Shown here: piece by piece, positions 43,107 through 55,650 of the stretch
Numbering within the stretch: the first letter of the stretch is position 1
Layout: each line of letters opens with the position of its first letter
Source of the DNA: Eledone cirrhosa
Lineage: Eukaryota
Length of the DNA: 64,000 bases
Assembly (NCBI GenBank): GCA_964016885.1
Contig: OZ024743.1
Coordinates: 326,430,001 to 326,494,000 of the forward strand
Direction: 5' to 3'
The notes under the pieces: generated by a model
The model's database searches: none
The model's input: only the letters and a program-made list of their open reading frames with translations
Told to the model about the DNA's origin: nothing
Made by a program: the position numbers and the translations under genes

Positions 43107-44175
43107 ATCCTAATTTTGTCCTGCGGTAAGTAATAAAAAACAACAGACTCCTCTCTGTTTTTCCAGTAGCTTTGTTTTCGAGAAAGTTCTTTTTTCTTTT
43201 TTTTTTTTTGATCAATCAGATCTCAGTTTCCAGTGCCGAAATAGCTTGTGGTTAGAAAAAGCTACTTCACTTACCGCTTTCGCTGGCACCGCTAATCCCA
43301 TGGCTGGTTTCTCCTCTCCCACGTGCGTACAATCCAACTCGTTAACCGGAGCTCCAAAACTGACGTCCACCACGTTCGCTGACCACCCTAGAGAGAGGCA
43401 GACCTGCTGGCCCTGCCGGTTGAGCACCCTTCCGGTTAAGCACTCTTCCGGTCGAGCACTCCCCAGCCTCCGGCTACCGCACACCACACCATACCCACAC
43501 CGTTGATCAAACAACTGGAATACAAATTTTGCGGAGGAAAGCGGCTGTGAGAAGACCGAAGACACCAGAGATCACGACGGCGAACGACACGAAAAGAAAG
43601 CAATATGTCAAGTCATTGTATTTGAATATTAAAATTAATCTTGGTTGCATTAATTTATAAGTACCATGAAATTTTGAAAAAAAATTAAAATTTCAATTAT
43701 TTTACCCGTGTAACATTGCCTGGTGTTACCCACACCTGCAAAAGTATACACTCCAAAAGTATACGTGTAACACTCAAGCATATAAAATCAAGAAAACTAC
43801 TCTAGGGCCGAAACTGCCAGAAGTTCATTTCGAGGGCTGAAGACCTTGGAGTTCTGTGTCTTTCGTTTGTATTTTTAATTTTAAAAAGTTTTTTTACGGT
43901 TTCCCCTTCAAAGAAATCTTATAAAAACAACCACACATAAACAAACAATAAACACACACTAATGTCCAAAGATAGAATGCAAACAGACAGAGACTCAGAC
44001 ACGAACACACAAACACACACAAAACAGAAAACATGCACACAAACGCATACGAAAACAGACACAGTAATAAATAAACAAATAAATAAATGACAGAATAATT
44101 AAACATTACGACACAACGGGAGGAAACATAATAGTATCACTGATGATGTCACATGTGTGTGATGAAAGAACTTTG

Positions 44176-44268
<93 letters not shown>

Positions 44269-44557
44269 AAATAACGAAACGAAATTAAATTTCGTTTCGT
44301 TTGTAACTCACTTTTGTATGACTGACGCTTAAACAATTAAGTCAAAAATGTACATCTACATATGCATACTGAAATACTAGTGTGTATATGAATACATACA
44401 CGTATACGTATGTAGGTGTACCAAGTCTTTCACTGGTCGCTTTACAGTGAGCGGCCCAGCTATTCTGTATGTAAACACACAGACAAACCGGTTTTTAGAG
44501 TCATACTGGTTTTTCGGGGGAACACCTTCCCCCTATTCTCCAGAAAGCCAGACAAGG

Positions 44558-44602
44558 AATATTGAACTAGTTTCGTTGTTGTTACAACTCATCAGCAATA
44601 TT
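44558..44602 (-). ncRNA. Intact minimal type I hammerhead ribozyme
   Basis: AATATTG-CTGATGA-GTTGT aaca ACAAC-GAAA-CTAG-TT-CAATATT. Confidence 0.93.
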
Positions 44603-45260
44603 TACCTATCTACCGGCCTTTCTGGAGAATTGTAAAAGCACATATCGTTATATGCTTTTTCTATGAAAATTAGTAGTGGGCAGACTAATTTGCATAGAGT
44701 GTGAGTACGCACCGGTTCAGCGGAGACGATAAAAACAAATAACGAAACGAAATTAAATTTCGTTTCGTTTGTAACTCACTTTTGTATGACTGACGCTTAA
44801 ACAATTAAGTCAAAAATGTACATCTACATATGCATACTGAAATACTAGTGTGTATATGAATACACACACGTATACGTATGTAGGTGTACCAAGTCTTTCA
44901 CTGGTCGCTTTACAGTGAGCGGCCCAGCTATTCTGTATGTAAACACACAGACAAACCGGTTTTTAGAGTCATACTGGTTTTTCGGGGGAACACCTTCCCC
45001 CTATTCTCCAGAAAGCCAGACAAGGATATGCATATGTAGATGTACATTTTTGACTTAATTGTTTAAGCGTCAGTCATACAAAAGTGAGTTACAAACGAAA
45101 CGAAATTTAATTTCGTTTCGTTATTTGTTTTTATCGTCTCCGCTGAACCGGTGCGTACTCACACTCTATGCAAATTAGTCTGCCCACTACTAATTTTCAT
45201 AGAAAAAGCATATAACGATATGTGCTTTTACAATTCTCCAGAAAGGCCGGTAGATAGGTA

Positions 45261-45305
45261 AATATTGCTGATGAGTTGTAACAACAACGAAACTAGTTCA
45301 ATATT
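45261..45305 (+). ncRNA. Intact minimal type I hammerhead ribozyme (predicted cut after 45298)
   Basis: Same sequence as 44558-44602; stem I extends through attctccagaaag / ctttctggagaat. Confidence 0.93.
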
Positions 45306-45528
45306 CCTTGTCTGGCTTTCTGGAGAATAGGGGGAAGGTGTTCCCCCGAAAAACCAGTATGACTCTAAAAACCGGTTTGTCTGTGTGTTTACATACAGAA
45401 TAGCTGGGCCGCTCACTGTAAAGCGACCAGTGAAAGACTTGGTACACCTACATACGTATACGTGTGTGTATTCATATACACACTAGTATTTCAGTATGCA
45501 TATGTAGATGTACATTTTTGACTTAATT

Positions 45529-45581
<53 letters not shown>

Positions 45582-45886
45582 CCCAAACCAAACAGTGACT
45601 GTTTTATTATGTATTTCTGGCAATATTATAACAATTTGACTCTGTTGCTTAAACTTTAATCTGTTATTTTAATAAATATATATGTTGTATATATTTAAGT
45701 GACATTGGTGATTAAAGTGATAAAGTTGAAAAGGCAATGAAATATTGGTGTATTTTATAAATGAAGAATATTTCTTATGACAGGAGAGGTTGATTAAGTG
45801 ATGGCGCCTTATTGTGGTGGATACACGACTAAAAGATTGTTGAGAGCAAAAGAAAGCGATGAGGGGATTGGGGAATATATATACTG

Positions 45887-46002
<116 letters not shown>

Positions 46003-46207
46003 AAAGAAAGTGTGGTAAGGATCCAGGTGGACCATAATGCACCAGAGTACTCGATACTTAGGGTAGTAGAGTGGGAAATAGAAGAAGAGTCAGGACCCCG
46101 ATGGCTGAGTTCCGACAGTTTCGACAGCTAGATCCGAACTGTTCGGATCTAGCTGTCGAAACGGCCGATGCTCAGCCGTCGGGGTCCTGACTCTATATAT
46201 AGGTCCT

Positions 46208-46567
<360 letters not shown>

Positions 46568-47461
46568 GAGCGAGAGAGACAGAGAGAGAAATGATTTCTT
46601 ACGAATGAAACAGTTCCAATCCTACAGAGGTCATTTCTATATAAAATAAATAGGTATCTTTTCTACTAATATATTGAGTACTTTATGTGTGGTTTCTTTC
46701 CGATTCCCTTCGGAAAACCATCCTTAATTATATGTAAGTGTGCATATATATATCTGTTAGACACGAAGTGACTAACAACAGAATGTTTTAGTCACTTTTA
46801 GTGTTCTATTTCTACCATATATGTGTAGATCGTCAATTTTTTTTTCAAGGTCTGGCCGTGGCCGTGGTGATTACATGCCATTGGCTAATTTTCAACCAAT
46901 CAAGTGTTGCTCAAAAGCATCCGCCATGTTTTTTTGTTTGTTTTCCTAGTTCATTTATTTTTGTTATTTCGTCATTATATGATTTTTTTAAATTTATATT
47001 AACTATTTTTAAAACAAATGTAATATATTGACGATAGGGTTAGAGTTAGGCGGTCAATAGATAAGATGAAAGGCTATCGTAAAAGTTTGTACAAATATTT
47101 TTAAATTTATCGTTTGTACAAAACGATTCTAAATTTTTGTTTGTAAAAAATGTTTAAACACTTCAAAATAGCGTATATTCATGTTCTGTAATGTCCCATG
47201 TATGTAAATATTTTATTTTTATATTATTTATTTATTTTATGTTTTCTATTATGTATAATATATTGATTTAATATTGATTGTTTTTTGTTGTTGTTTATAT
47301 TAAAAGTCTGAAAATATTTTTAAACATCTTACACTAATATTTATAAGATCATTTATAATAACAATTATATAATCTAATTACATTACAACGATAATTTATT
47401 ATTAATATATATCATGTTTAACTAGAGTTATTACAAGCGTTGTCATAAAAAAATATTAAAC

Positions 47462-48320
47462 TAGACATGAAAAATGCGCAAGCTCAAAAGAGCCACAGAA
47501 TGTTATAATAAACCTTCAAAAGTGTGGGACTAGAGTTGTTACTCAAAAATATTGTAATCATTATCTATCGTACACGCTGTGGCATCCTTTATAAAAATAT
47601 CACAATAAATTCATCTATGTTTAATGTAATAACAGCTATAAATAATTACGTAATATTATTATCATACACTCATAGTCTCTTTTTTATAAAATCTGTAGCA
47701 TCCTTTTATAAAAAAGAGACTCATAAGGAACTCAAGACGACACAATAATTAATTAAGTGAATTTATAATATAGAATTCGGTTTAAGTGCATTTCGTATTA
47801 ATCATTACTAAACATCTAATATGAGATATTGGACATTAGCTTAAACCAACCATGCCTTTCTTTTTACACGATTTCACTTAGTTCATTCTTAGAGTGTAAC
47901 ATATAAAAATATGATTTACAACTATAAAATAAATAAATTAATATAATAACAGGGCTGCGGAGCCAAAATTTAGGAAATAATGGAGTATCGGATCCGGAGT
48001 TGGAGCCAGTCAATTATTTTAATATTAGTATATTTATAAAATTATCATTATAGATTTGATCGTTCATATAAGCATTATATTAATTTTCAACACAATTATT
48101 TTGTTACTATGAGTATATGATAATAATATTACGTAATTATTTATAGCTGTTATTACATTAAACATAGATGTATTTATTGTGATATTTTTATAAAGGATGC
48201 CACAGAGTGTACGATAGATAATGATTACAATATTTTTGAGTAACAACTCTAGTCCCACACTTTTGAAGGTTTATTATCACATTCTGTGGCTCTTTTGAGC
48301 TTGCGCATTTTTCATGTCTA
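47462..48320. repeat. Inverted duplication with arms of about 215 bp
   Basis: 47462-47676 is the near reverse complement of about 48105-48320 (twin ORFs MGLELLLKN on opposite strands). Confidence 0.9.
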
Positions 48321-48329
48321 ATATATATA

Positions 48330-48360
<31 letters not shown>

Positions 48361-48698
48361 GCGTGTGTGTGTGTGTTAGCAGTAGAACTAAGATATTGTT
48401 AAATAAAATAAGGGTGCATACGAAAGCATATACTATATGTTTATAGAGCGAAGCTCTCATATGTTTATTGTATATAAACATATAGCATATACTTTTCTAT
48501 ATAATCTTATTTTGCTTAACGGCTCTCTTAGTCCTTCTGCCAATTAATTATAACCAGCCAAGTTCGCACTATATGCAAATGAGTCTTTCTAGATGATGTT
48601 TTCTGTTTGCTATATGCAAATGAGGATCTCCAACAAATGTTCAATACGCAAAATCTATATAGGCTCTAGTCTATTTTCTTCTCAGTAAAGGTTGAATG

Positions 48699-48747
48699 AA
48701 TGCTACTGATGAGAGATTAATGAATCTTAAAATGACTGTCTCGTATT
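48699..48747 (+). ncRNA. Decayed hammerhead (GAAA mutated to AAAA)
   Basis: aatgcta-CTGATGA-GAGATT aatg AATCTT-aAAA-tgactg-TC-tcgtatt. Confidence 0.5.
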
Positions 48748-48925
48748 CTCAACAGTTACTGAGATATCTGTGACACACGACCAAAGAGAGAAAAATAATT
48801 TTTTCATATAGAAAAAATATTTTCTTTGATAGCGTGGCTCTCATATGTTTATTGTATACAAACATATAGTATATGCTTTCATTCATATACTTCTCTCTCA
48901 CTCTCTCTCTTTCTCTCTGTCTCTG

Positions 48926-49018
<93 letters not shown>

Positions 49019-49262
49019 AAGTATATGAATGAAATCATATACTATTTTTCCTCTCTTCACGTTGCTTCACCCTTCGTGTCTGTTTACATGATTCCCCCCC
49101 CCCCCCCTTTATCCCAATAACTTATTTTAGTTATTGTTTCACCCTAGGCTGAGGTATCTTGTCTCTAACGCGAAGAAATACCTACGATTCCTAGCAGACA
49201 ACTGACGATGGATATTCCTCTCTTTCGCCCGTAACTTTTATTTTTCATTATATATATATAAC

Positions 49263-49370
49263 CTCCCGCCGAGGTTAACTTTGCCTTTCATCCTTACGGG
49301 GTCGATAAAATAAAGTACCAGTAATGTACTGGGTAATTGCTGGCCTTGTGCCAATAGTAGAAATAATTAT
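49263..49370 (+). mobile_element. 5'-truncated SINE, family A
   Basis: Family core and tail. Confidence 0.8.
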
Positions 49371-50370
49371 ATATATAACTCACTGTTACGGATTGAACAA
49401 TGATACTGACACACCATTAATGGGCCTACATACATCCTCTGGTTTTCACTATCCTGTATTTTCTTACTTCACCTTCTATGCTGAATAACACACCTCCACC
49501 ACTCAAACAACTATCTTAAAACCTCATTGGCCCATGTGGCGGGAGATCGCACTTGCGGACTCATTTACCCTATACCCAACCCTACTTAGAGCCCTTTGCC
49601 GGCGCCCACATTGCAGTTGCTTGCACACACGGATTTGGTGATTCTGAACAACGGTACACAAGGAGTTCGACATGAGCTGATTGCTTGCTCTTCACATGGA
49701 TATGTATATACCCGGACATACCCTTTTTGGGACGATTCGGATGTGTATATACCATTTACCATAACACACACTTGAAGATATGGATGTTACAATTGGATCT
49801 ATACACATACAGCAGAACACTGAACTGAACTTACTTGCGCGCACGCGCGTGTGTGTATGTGTATGTGTGTGTAGCGTTGGTTAACCCAATATTTCCGATT
49901 TACATCGTCAAATTGAGATTTGACCGACATAACTTCTGTTGCTTTGCGAACTAACTTTTCGGTGATTGCTGTGTTGGTACATTCTTATATGTGATTTTTC
50001 TCGGATATCACTTCGGTGTGTGTTGAGGTGTGTGTGTACCCACCCACACTAATTCTACGGGTTTAATACTGTGTTGATGTGTGTATATATATGTATTTAT
50101 TTTTATTTTTATTTGACCCCGAGCCGATGTATGCGGGTGTGGAGTGTGTGTGTACCCACTCACTTCTAACTGTGACTGACTGTATCCCTACGGATTGTTT
50201 GATGTCCAGCATCTTTTGCAGCGATAGAAGTCTGAAAACTTTTATGACCTCAACTAAAGCTAATAGCAGTCGCCTTGTCTCTGACTGACTGATGTGTCTT
50301 CATATGAGGGAATGAATTCTGTGAGAGAACATGGTTTTTTTCTCCCTCATATCAAGAATTTGAAGACAAT

Positions 50371-50458
50371 TCATTTTCACCTGATGAGATCAGTGATAAT
50401 CGATCATGGCTTCACAATCGATCTATTTCTTATTGAAACATGTGTCGTGATTAAATGA
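50371..50458 (+). ncRNA. Type I hammerhead at the end of a probable Penelope pLTR
   Basis: TCATTT TCAC-CTGATGA-(47 nt)-GAAA-CATGTG-TC-GTGA tt AAATGA. Confidence 0.75.
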
Positions 50459-50491
50459 TTGGAATTTTACCTTGCCTTCGGATTTTCATTT

Positions 50492-50531
<40 letters not shown>

Positions 50532-50601
50532 TCATCATCATCATCATTTTACGTCTGCTTTTCCCTGCTTGGGAAGTATATGAATGAAAGCATATACCAT
50601 A

Positions 50602-50652
<51 letters not shown>

Positions 50653-51094
50653 CGCGCGCGCGTGTGTGTTTGTGTGCGTATTTATGAATATTTATAATTT
50701 TTTTCTCATTTTCCCCGTTCCTTCCCGTCATTCTCACTTTCTATTTATCTTCTATTTCTAACCTTCTGATGAAGGACGAGTGTCCGAAAAGTTAAAACCC
50801 TCTTCCTGCTATTTCAAGCCTTAAACTAATATATTTCTACCATGTACTGTGCCTTTTGTTTTGTTATTTTTGTTATTTCTGTTTACCTTTTACACACACA
50901 CACACACACACGCGCGCGTGCGCGCGCGTTCACATATATTTATATATCCGTTCTAGTTTAACCCTTTTGATACCAACCTGTTGAAAACCCTAGTTGGCCC
51001 TATGGATCAAAACCACGTATTTTAAAGAGTGCCCGAGTAATTTAAAATCTCCCAACATATTCTTCATTAATTCAAATGCAGTGTATATCTAGGG

Positions 51095-51368
51095 CGGGTA
51101 AAATTCCCGAGATCCATGGACGAGTTCTCTCCAGCGGTCCCTCATTATAGCTGCGTCTCCAACAGACCAGTGTCTGTCCTTAGGGCATCAACATACGTTA
51201 ACCTTGGTCTTCCTCTTCCAGTGTGTCCATGTAGGGGCTCCCATAGTAGCACTGAGTGCAATGTCAACTCTGGATGTCGGTGAGCATGTCCAGCTAACCT
51301 CAGTCTCCTCTGTGTCACTTTTGAGCTGACTTTTGGGAGGCTCCCATACAGCTCTGAGTTTTTCATCC
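51095..51368 (-). mobile_element. RTE-group LINE 3' fragment
   Basis: ELYGSLPKVS..RRLRLAGHAHRH..LWEP..GRGRPRLTYVD. Confidence 0.8.
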
Positions 51369-51654
51369 TCAGTGTATTTATTAGAAATATAGTAAAGAAA
51401 GAGTTTTAAAAAAAGCAATGTCAAGGGAAGTCACCCATAGTGGGCAATAGGTATTTGTACATTATGTACATATACATAAAGATTTACATAGATATAGACA
51501 TATGCGCAATACGCTATTTCCCAAAACTTTATAAATGTCTCAAAACGATAGTATAGCGTGTCTTCCTTTGTAATATTTTTCAGCCATATCTCATTTATAC
51601 CAATCACAAAGGCTATGTTGATTCTTGTGAATACATACCAAAAACGAAGATGAA

Positions 51655-51667
51655 ATAACTACTACTG

Positions 51668-51707
<40 letters not shown>

Positions 51708-51935
51708 AAAAATAATGATAATGATGATGATGATGGTAGTGGTGGTGATGGTGATGATGGTGGTGGTGGTGATGGTGGTGATGGTGATGGTTATGATGAT
51801 GGCGATGATGGTGATGATGATGATGATGATGATGATGATGGTTGTGGCGGTGGTGGTGGTGATGATGAGGATGAAGATGATGATGGTAGTTGTGGTGGTG
51901 GTGGTGATGACGATGATGGTAATGATGATAGTAAT
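51655..51935. repeat. (CTA)n followed by a degenerate (GAT/GGT)n array
   Basis: Direct reading. Confidence 0.95.
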
Positions 51936-52125
51936 AATTGTTTCTATTTTTGGCACAAGGCCAGCAATTACACAGTGTATTACTGGTACTTTATTTTATC
52001 GATCCCATAAGGATGAAAGACAAAGTTAACCTCGGCGGGATCTGAACTCAGACCATAAAGGGCCGTAACTCTTTGCTGCAAAGCATGGTGTCCGACCATC
52101 TACCGATACTGCCAATCCACCGCCC
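51935..52125 (-). mobile_element. tRNA-derived SINE, family A
   Basis: Family core, reverse orientation. Confidence 0.85.
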
Positions 52126-52151
52126 TATAATAATAATAATAATAATAATAA

Positions 52152-55100
52152 ATGTCGAACCTAAACAGTTCGAATAACGGTGAAATGGAGACTAGAATGT
52201 CATGTGACAGACTCTCACCCAACAGGTGCCCTCTGGCTCAGCAGCAGGGACCTGGCTGTCAACCAAATACTGCTGGTGTCGGAGGAAGAAGAAGAAGGAA
52301 AGGGACCAGAACCAACTGGACGAAAGAATTGAATAGAACTGTTATGCAATGTTACCTGAAGAGTAACCCCAAGGAGAAAGGCTATAGGAAACGGATGCAT
52401 AACATCTGGAACGAGATTGATCTATTTAAATTAGATGAACAAAAATTGGCCGGGCAGGCTCGGGTAATAAGAACTAATGGGTGGATAAGCGAGCTGGAAC
52501 TGGAGGAACTGAGCAGAGAGATTAGCTTGAAGATAGAGAGTGGAGTATGCCAGGAAAACGAGCCAGTGGGAAATGAAGGTGAAGAGGTCGAGAGAACGGA
52601 GGAACCACCCGAAACAGACAATGATCTGAATGCTGAGATAAATAATACCTGGAACAGGGATACGGCCACTGAGGAGAGGAATGCTGACGGGCTAGGACAA
52701 GATTTGGTTGATATCCTAAACTTAGTGGTAGATGAATTGAACAATGATAGTGGGAAACCTATGAACCTAAGATTTGTCGACAGGAAAAAGTTAAAAGAAA
52801 CAACAGCTAAGGTAAACAAAGTCATCCCATACCTTGAGGCGAGGAGCCTTCACCAGTGCAACAATATCCTCAAAGCAACAGCAAATACGGTGAGGAATCT
52901 ATTTGGTATAAAAGCGAGCGGAAACAACAGACAAGAAAGATCAGAGCCTTGGTGGAAGAAACGACTGAGTGGTCAAATCAAGGAAATGAGAAATGACACT
53001 GGAAAGCTTGAGTCCCTACTGAATGGGACACTAAAAAACATAGACACTAAAAATAGACTGGAAATAAAGTACAAAACTAGGAGGAAAAAGCTAAATATTA
53101 TCATAGAGGAACTGAAGCAACGCATTCAGTTCCTCTATGATAATATTTTTGCAAGAGTGCAAAAATCAGGCGATACGAGAACAGAGTCAGTCAGTATAGA
53201 CAGAACCGCATGTTCGACAACAACCAGAAGATGCTGTTTGGACAGCTTGAAGGGAAAGAAAGAGGCAACGACTTGATCCCTGAGGCGGAACAAACTAAAA
53301 CATTCTGGAGAGGAATATGGGAGCAGGATGTTAAACATAATGACCAGGCAGTGTGGATTGAGACAGTACAGAAGGAGATTAGTGAACAGGCACACCAACA
53401 AACTGATTTGAGTATCACAGTTGAAACTCTTAAGGGGCAGGCCAAAAAACTAACCAACTGGAAATCACCAGGCCCAGATGGTGTGCAGGGGTATTGGATT
53501 AAAAATATAACATTCCTCCACCCGAAACTGACAACCATGTTCAATGACTGCTTGATGTCAGGTGAGGTACCAGAGTGGTTGACAAAAGGTACCACAGTTC
53601 TGATAATGAAAGACCGAATCAAGGGTAATGATGTTACCAACTATAGACCTATCACATGTCTGTCCGTAATGTGGAAACTGTAGACAAGAATTATGTCTGA
53701 GGAAATCTACCACACAAACAACTTGTTACCGGACGAACAGAAAGGATGCCGAAAGAAGTCACGTGGTACAAAGGAGCAGTTACTTATTGATAAGATAGTA
53801 ATGAGGAATTGCAAGAGGAGACACACTGGTCTTGCCATGGGATGGATAGACTACAAAAAGGCATTTGGCATGGTGCCTCATTCTTGGATCACCAAAAACC
53901 TGGAGATCTTCAAGGTGGCAGATAACATTAGACAGTTGTTGGGCAAAAGTATGAAGTCCTGGGAAACAGAGTTAACATCAACTGGAGAATCCTTGGGAAG
54001 CGTGAAGATCAAGAGAGGTATCTTCCAGGGAGATAGTCTGTCCCCTCTGTTGTTTGTCCTTGCCCTGATGCCCCTGACCAGTGTACTGCGAAAAGTGAGA
54101 GCAGGATACAGGTTGGGAAAGGGTGGGCTTACCATCAATCACCTCCTCTTCATGGACGATCTTAAGCTCTTCGGGAAGAGTGAGAAGGAGTTGGATGTGC
54201 TTGTTGACACTGTCCGTATTTTCAGCAATGATATATGTATGCAATTTGGTATTAGTAAGTGTGGAGTCATTGTGATGAAGAGGGGTAAGTTGAGCAGAAG
54301 TAACGGAATCCAGGTACCAACAGGTGAGATGATAAAGGAAATTGACTCTGAAGAAGGATACAAGTATTTGGGTGTTCTGGAGGCTGATGACATCAAGAAC
54401 AAAAAAATGAAGGAATTGATAAGAACTGAATACATTCGGAGAGTAAGGAGCGTATTAAAGTCACATCTGAACAGTAGGAATGCCATAAGTGCAGTAAATT
54501 CCGAGCTGTGTCTATTATTAGGTACAGTGCGGGAATTCTGAGATGGAATGTTGCTGAACAAAAAGAAATGGATAGGAAGACTAGGAAGCTATTGACTATC
54601 TACAGCATATTCCACAAGAAGAGTGATGTCGATAGACTCTACTTAAGGAGATCTGAAGGTGGAAGAGGTCTTATCAGCATAGAGAACTGTGTTCAGATGG
54701 AGAAAAACAACCTACACAAATACGTGACTGATAGCAATAGGCCAGGGGATGTCCAAGGAGGAAATAACGACAAGGAGAAAGAGCAGCCTTCAGGAAAAAT
54801 CCCTTCATAGTACCTTCTTTGAGAAAACTGAATTTAGAGATCCACAGACATGGAACTGGTTGAAAAGAGGAGACCTTAAAAAGGCTACAGAAGGAATGTT
54901 AATGGCTGCGCAGGAGCAGGCCCTCAAAACGAAGTGGTTGAAACACCATATTTACAAGGAGGAGGCTAGCCCACTGTGCAGGACCTGTGGAGAGAGAGAG
55001 GAGACTGTAGCTCACATTGTATCCGAGTGTAAACACCTAGCCCAGACTCACTATAAGGGCTGGAGACATGATGTGATGGGCAGGGTGATCCACTGGCACC

Positions 55101-55623
55101 TATGCAAAGTAAACAATTTACCACATTCTGAGAAGTGGTATGAGCATAAGCCAGAGTCGGTGATAGAAAACTATCAGGTGAAGGTGCTGTGGGATTTTAG
55201 GATACAGACGGACAAGAAACTGGAACACAATAGACCTGACCTGGTGGTTTTGGACAAGGAAAAAAGATCGTGCCTGATTGTGGATGTGGCCTGCCCATTC
55301 GACACGAGAGTGCAAGAGAAGGAGAGGGAGAAAGTTAACCGATACCAGGACTTAAAGTGGGAGGTAAAAAGGATTTGGAACTGCCATGAAGTCAAAGTGA
55401 TCCCGATTGTCATAGGTGCACTAGGGACTATCTCAAAAAGTTTCCAGGGATGGTTAAAGAAAATTGGCCCCTTCACGCTTTTTGGAACGCTTCAAAAGGC
55501 ATGCTTGCTGGGAACAGCAAGAACCCTCCGATACGTCCTGAATATCTGAGGCTGCAGGTAGTGGCTTGATATTCATTTCAACAAACTTTCCAGTTAACTA
55601 ACATCAATGACTGAGACTCAAAG
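52152..55623 (+). mobile_element. R4/Dong-group RLE retrotransposon, near full length, frameshifted, flanked by (TAA)n
   Basis: WTKELN..GYRKRMHNIW N-terminus, [62 protein letters not shown]; TAA arrays at 52128-52151 and 55624-55650. Confidence 0.93.
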
Positions 55624-55650
55624 AATAATAATAATAATAATAATAATAAT

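Larger units (their letters stand above)
39906..43499 (-). mobile_element. Ty3/Gypsy LTR retrotransposon, RT-deleted, with partial tandem duplication
   Basis: TG..CA LTR 43247-43499, deleted LTR 40272-40382, LTR end 39906-39963; 5-bp TSD CCGTT at 39901-39905 and 43500-43504; purine tract before 40382; order gag-PR-RH-IN. Confidence 0.93.
44265..45533. mobile_element. Non-coding hammerhead-bearing 468-bp unit in tandem and inverted copies (retrozyme-like), inserted in (TA)n
   Basis: 44265-44732 repeats at 44733-45026; 45027-45533 is an inverted, permuted copy of slightly more than one unit; copies nearly identical. Confidence 0.85.

Noticed and set aside
44447-44635. 62-aa ORF MSGPAILY present twice (also 45228-45416)
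   Set aside because: GTG start, antisense to the ribozyme, no recognisable domain; duplicated only because the unit is duplicated
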